From: the human T2T-CHM13v2.0 reference genome, Homo sapiens
Direction: 5' to 3' (one strand)
Assembly (NCBI RefSeq): GCF_009914755.1
Contig: NC_060927.1
DNA length: 64,000 nucleotides
Under the pieces are notes generated by a model. The model had not been told where the DNA came from. It ran no database searches and was given only the letters and a program-made list of their open reading frames with translations. Position 1 is the stretch's first letter; every line of letters begins with the position of its first letter. Below are positions 58,791-64,000 of this stretch, one piece after another. Position numbers and translations under genes: made by a program.

Positions 58791-60625
58791 GTAAGCATGA
58801 TTAGTGTCCAGTACACACAACAAGCATGTGATCATCTTGTTATGGTTTTTAATAGTTTATTACACACTAGTATGTAAATTGTATAAGAAAAGTGATTCAT
58901 GTTTTTTGTTTACAGTACTGTCTCTAGAGCCTTCAACAATTCCATGCACATCGTAAGCATTCAGTAACTGTTGGTCAACTGAATGAATATGTGAATAAAT
59001 GAATGAAGTAAAGGTAGTTTGGGGAGGGAAAGGAGCACCAGACAGATCTGTGTTCAAATTCTGTCACTGCCACTTATTAGAAACATGACGTTGAACAAGG
59101 TCCCTGTCTTTATCTGTACTCTGGAACTGCAATTGATTGAGAATATTTAAAAAAATATTCATATTGTATTAATGCAGTTTCAGGCAAGCAATAGAGACTC
59201 AGTGCAACACTTTTGTCAAAAGAATGTTTTACTTGGATTAAGTAAACTCTATTTTTCTACATACTGAAACTGCTGTACCTATTGCTGAAGGTATTTGCTG
59301 GCAATAATGTTCAACCATTATTTTGCACTAAGAGAATAGGGGGTGAGAAACTAGGAAAGTGGGAAAGGCAATTCTTAGACAGAGTTGACAAACTCCTAGC
59401 AAACCCAGAAATAGAGAAGTAGTGTCAGGATATATGGCTTTTGGGGATTACCCCTAAATACCACTGTGTCCAGTGTATTAAAAAAGATAGCATCTCTGGG
59501 TATTGTTTTGTCATACCCCATCTTTTAATAGATGGAAACATTAGGCTCACTGACAAGAAGTAACCTGTTTAGAGACACTCAGTGAGTTACTTGAAGAAGT
59601 AATTCTAGATCCCAGGTCTCTGCTCAGGGCTTTTTCTACTGGTCTGACATGATTTAGTATAAGTTAGCTACAAACAGCCTTTCATATAGTGCAAATAGTA
59701 TTCAAACAATGTCGTAATCACTTCTGTTCTTTTTCTGCTTACTTTCTAAATAATGCTGAGTTGGGGATTAATTCATAAGAAAAAAACAGACTAAATTTTA
59801 AAAGTCAAATGAATAATGTAACCTTATATTCATCTTAGCAGTTGTTTCTAATATATGTGCTTAAAAGTATGCATTTTGGGGAAGTTGGGAATAAGCATAC
59901 TTTGTCACTCTGATTAACAGATTTAAAAATTCACAGACAGATCTGGGCACTGGGGGCTTCTTTCTCAAATTTCAAGCAACACAAGTTTGTTGTTTTAAAG
60001 CTGCAAAGTGTTGAGTATTTATTATATGCCAGTAGCATATCCTTAATATATATTCCTTAGTTTATTTCTCATAGTGAAACTGCGATATGAGTTTTAATTA
60101 TCCTCATTTTAGAGTTATGAAAAATTAGCTTTTCAAAAATTAGGAAAAACCAAGTAACTTTGCTTTTGCATATTTATATGGTTAATATATGGCCAAATCA
60201 GGATTAGAACTTGGTTATTAAATCTTTGGAGCTCATACTTTTGAAGACAATACTAAAAACTCTACTCAATGTATTATTTTTAAAAAATTAGGAGTACTGA
60301 ATATTATAAAGAGCAGCAATCTCATAAACAAACATTCAACTGGTAACTAGTCATCAAGTAGACTAATGTGCCGGCCTTAACATCATGATTGTGAATTTTC
60401 CATTGATTTACTCATTAATGTAATACTTATTTAACCAGCTTCCATACTAGACACTTTCGGTAATGTTGTGAAGAAATACAGAGAGAAGAAACAACTGACT
60501 AAGGCATGAAAGCAATTAGGTATTATGCAACATAAGACATCTATCTCATGTAAGCTTTGGAAAGCTTTGCTAAGCAATCCGACCTTAAGCATGGAGGGTA
60601 TTTAGTATGTTTTATTTTTTTCTTT

Positions 60626-61515
60626 GTAAAGCAAAAACTATTTTTTTCTATGCTCAAAACACTTTTGTCACTAAATGTGTGGCTCTTCTATACAAAGTAA
60701 TTCTCACCTTTTCTGAGGACATTAACTGCATGTCCTACAGTTTAATTCAATTTGACACCAGTTATCCAGAGTTAGCACTGACCCCACAGGTGAAGGACTC
60801 CTTCCTAAAAGACTGCCCCACCCCCTACTTTAGATTCCAGTCACAAGCAATAGGTTCCCGCGTTACCCACAACTCTGCCTGAGTTGGCTACAAACTTAAG
60901 ATTCCTACTACTTCTTCCTCAGGTTCTGTGATTTGGTATAACTGCTCACAAAACTCAGGAAAACCTTTTACTTACCCTTACTTTGTTATTATAGAAAATA
61001 TTATAAAGGATTCAAATGAACATCCAGCTGAAGAGATACATAGGGGGAGTTCTGGAAGGGTCCTGAGTTCAGAGCTCCACCCTCTCAGCTTGTGGATGTC
61101 CTTACCAACCTAGAAGCTCTCCGAACCTCATTGTTTAGGGTTTTTATGGAGGTTCCGTCACACAGGCATTATTGAGTAAAAGGACTGGAAATTTCAGCCA
61201 CACTCCCAAACTTCCAGGGATGGGTGAGAGGCTGGAGATTGTGTTAATCATCTATGGTCTTTCTGGCTACTAGCGCTCATCCAGAAGCTATATAGGAACC
61301 CTAGCCACCAATCATTTCATTAGCATATAAAATCCACTCGTTACTCCAGAGATTCCAAAGGTCTTAGAAGCTGTTGTGTTAGGAATTTGGGACTAGAACA
61401 ATATTAAAACAATAGATGCTCCTATTACCCCTGTCACACAGGAAATCACAGGGGATTTAGGAGCCCATGTCAGGAACTGGGAGCAGTCATCAAACCTGTA
61501 TTTCCTTTATTTTAT
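60626..61515 (-). mobile_element. MER21-type ERV LTR
   Basis: attcaatttgacacc...gaccccacaggtgaaggactc...ctcacaaaactcaggaaaacc...atgctcctattacccctgtcac. Confidence 0.75.
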
Positions 61516-61693
61516 GCTTTGCTTGTTTTAAATGACTGAAGTGCAGTAATTGAGTATATCTTGGACTATAGGCCTTCTCTAAAACAACTGACAAACTATG
61601 CCAGGAAGTTAGGCAAGATTCAGAGAAGAGCAGAATTTTTAATAAGGCTGCCTGATTTAACATCATCTCCCTTTTTTATTTCCTCTAACACAG

Positions 61694-61765
61694 GCTCTCC
61701 AAAAAATGCAGTGCCCCCTGTGATCCATTCACCTAATGATCATGTGGTCTATGAGAAAGAACCAG
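61694..61765 (+). CDS. IL1RAP: IL1RAP coding exon, Ig2-Ig3 linker (SPKNAVPPVIHSPNDHVVYEKEP), phase 1-1; gene continues beyond the window
   Basis: Acceptor ctaacacag|GC, donor CAG|GTAATT; 72 nt; lies within ORF 61561..61821. Confidence 0.98.
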
Positions 61766-62423
61766 GTAATTACAGCTATGTCTCTGAATTTCACTTAGAT
61801 TCTCTTAATTACAAGGAATAAAATGTCATTTAAGTTAATGCAAGAAAATAGACGACTGTTGTAGAGAAACACATGAATTGAAACTGAAATGTCAGAAACC
61901 AAAGCAGCTGTGGAGATCAGTTACTTCCCTGATCCCATGGGCAACTCTAGAATTTTTTGCTTCACTCTCGGTATCTGCTCCCTTCTCCCTCTGCTAGCCG
62001 TCTTCCTCTGCTGATGAGTGATTTCTGTTTGATGCAAACTTTAGCTTGCACAGGGCTTTGGTTTGCCAAGGCTGCAACATGGGCACAAGATTTAGACATC
62101 CTTCAAGCTCCTGCTCCATTATGAAAGGTCAGTGGTGGATCTTGAAGGCAAGACTGTGAATATAATAGCTAACAACTGATAAAACTAGTAGACATTGACG
62201 CAGAACACTATTGAATGCTTACTGTGGCTCTTCGGTTCTTCTTTTAGTTTCCATAATTTTTCATTATAGCCAAAAATCATTGATAACTGACCAAATACGG
62301 GATAACATGTTACTCTTTTGACTCAAAGCCTCCCACAGTTAAGTGAACAGGAAACTATAGAAAATTTTAACATTTTCTATGTTGTATCACTTACAATACA
62401 TCCAGTCCAAACCCAGTGAGAGG

Positions 62424-62881
62424 TGTTAACCTAAATAACAACAAAGACAATAGCTCTCCAAAAAGAAAAGGATTTATTCAGGAATGAATTGCAGATAGCA
62501 ATCCAGGAATATGAGTGCTATGGCATCCCATGCGGGAACCATAGCCATACCCAGAAAGCATAGGAACATAACAGTTTTGAAAGGCAAAGTGAGGAAGATT
62601 ACATAAAGTTGTTCTGAAATAATTATCCTTGGTTATAAGAACCAATAACAGGGTAACATCCGTCCAGGCTTGACTGGCATTTGGTGGTCAGACCTCCTCA
62701 CAGAAATATTATTTGTTTAAGAATCGCGCTGGCCTTTGTGCAAGATAGTGGTGCTCAGAGTCTTTGTACTAGTTTTTATAATAGGCATGTGTGTGTGAGG
62801 GCCCTTTTTATATGACCTCCCAACTGTTTTTCTTTGGAGTGTGACACGAGTGACTCCATTTTGACTCTGACAGCTTTCACA
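62424..62881 (-). mobile_element. ERV1-class solo LTR (MER67-like; subfamily uncertain)
   Basis: TG...CA ends with 4-bp TSD gagg (62420-62423, 62882-62885); minus strand begins tgtgaaagctgtcagagtcaaaatggagtcac and has AATAAA near its end. Confidence 0.85.
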
Positions 62882-62925
62882 GAGGTATAAAAGAGCATCT
62901 GTTTAAAATGTGCTAAAGATAATAG

Positions 62926-63533
62926 TCAGTTGTTAATGGGTGAAAGCAACGGAGAGGATGCCATTCAATAAAAAAAAAAGGTGGAAAAAGAGGTATGTAG
63001 TTGTTCATGGAAAGCTGACAAACACAGGAACTGTCAAAATGCATCCTCCACTTGACACACCTCTTGTTTCAGGCAGTGCCTGTTTTGTGGTCAGTGGGGA
63101 GTATGTAGGATATGTATCAGAGAATGAAAAAAATTAAGAAGTTTATGGAGTGGGTGCAAGACACATACAGCCCTGATGCGTATCTCTGGGCCCTATCTAA
63201 AGGGTCCCTGAAGTCTTCAGCTCACTTTCCTTAAGCCATAAGTACAACTTGTCGGACATGCACGCGGTTGCCAGGCGGGTCAAGTGGCAGTAACTTGAGG
63301 GTGATGTTTCCGAGGGTGCTCCCTACCCACACTGCAGCGGGGTCCTCGTGTGCTCGCGGTGCATTTTTGCAGCTGGCGACTTGAACTGGGTTGTGCACAA
63401 GCACCATTGGTTTGCCAATAAGTTTAACCTGGATGTGGAACATAGATGTGGACCTCTTCGCCATCCAGTGTTTGGGTGAGCACCGGAGGCATAAAGCTTT
63501 ATAGACCTTAAAACACTGACCATTATAGGCAAT
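62926..63533 (+). pseudogene. GCNT1P3: GCNT1 (core-2 beta-1,6-GlcNAc transferase) pseudogene fragment covering the C-terminal ~195 codons; probably the annotated GCNT1P3
   Basis: Translates to TERMP..RWKKRY.VV.GKLTNTGTVKM.PPL.TPL.SGSA, MEW.QDTYSPD.YLWA, SHKY.LSDM.AVAR.VKWQ*LEGDVS.GAPYP, AGDLNW...FANKF, DVDLFAIQCL.EH.RHKAL*TLKH*. Frameshifts plus stops at 63291 and 63502; native TGA at 63517. The P3 number is from memory. Confidence 0.92.
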
Positions 63534-64000
63534 CTTAGGGTGCATTTTGTGCATCCTTCTTATTATTTCTATTTAGTTCCTCTTGCCAATAAGCATCAGA
63601 AAAATTGTATGGAGTCCTCTTTGGGGTAGGGATGCTAAGTCTTCATGCAGAAAAGCTGCATGGTTTCTGCAGAGCACAATTGGCTAGAAAGGCTGTAACA
63701 TTAAATGTTTATCTAGAATTAACATGAGTAGGAGTAAAAGTGGCTGTGGCATCAGGGCGGGCAGCAAAGCATTCTGGAGCGAGGGGGCTAGGGTGACTGG
63801 GGAAGAGGCTGATGAAAAAAATAAATCAATTAAAAGAGTTCAGGGACTTAACAAAATGAGATTTGACCTGTGCCAAAACTATTTTGAGAATTTTAAATAT
63901 GACATTTTTCCTGGTATGAATAAATTTATAGCAACAAACAATAATAAAGATACAATTGATCTTGTATGTTATGTATGTTGACAGAGAAATTTGATTTTGC

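Noticed and set aside
62940-63137. 65-aa GCNT1-like ORF as a functional glycosyltransferase
   Set aside because: A short fragment with a non-ATG start, ended by a frameshift, with downstream in-frame stops.
63231-63554. 107-aa minus-strand ORF as a novel gene
   Set aside because: It is the antisense frame of the GCNT1 pseudogene; no recognisable domain or independent gene signals.

Overview
Human genomic DNA: an internal 64-kb segment of IL1RAP (IL-1 receptor accessory protein) on the + strand. Five coding exons (2616-2679, 42461-42746, 47327-47513, 58625-58790, 61694-61765) have canonical AG/GT boundaries. They splice in frame (64+286+187+166+72 = 775 nt) into the signal peptide, Ig1, Ig2 and the Ig2-Ig3 linker; the promoter, 5' UTR exons and 3' exons lie outside the window. 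The rest is intron filled with Alu, L1, L2/MIR, MaLR/ERV solo LTRs and DNA transposons, plus a decayed GCNT1 pseudogene fragment near 63 kb. Almost all listed ORFs are repeat-derived or chance ORFs. I see no convincing new multi-gene system. The best leads are: two short local templated duplications around the Ig1 exon, one bounded by a 17-bp direct repeat and inverted repeats; a stop codon embedded in AATAAA just after the linker exon (possible short soluble isoform); an in-frame cryptic donor in the Ig2 exon; a candidate poison exon; and two young Alu insertions. Repeat subfamily names come from recalled consensus sequences, and boundaries of old repeats are approximate.
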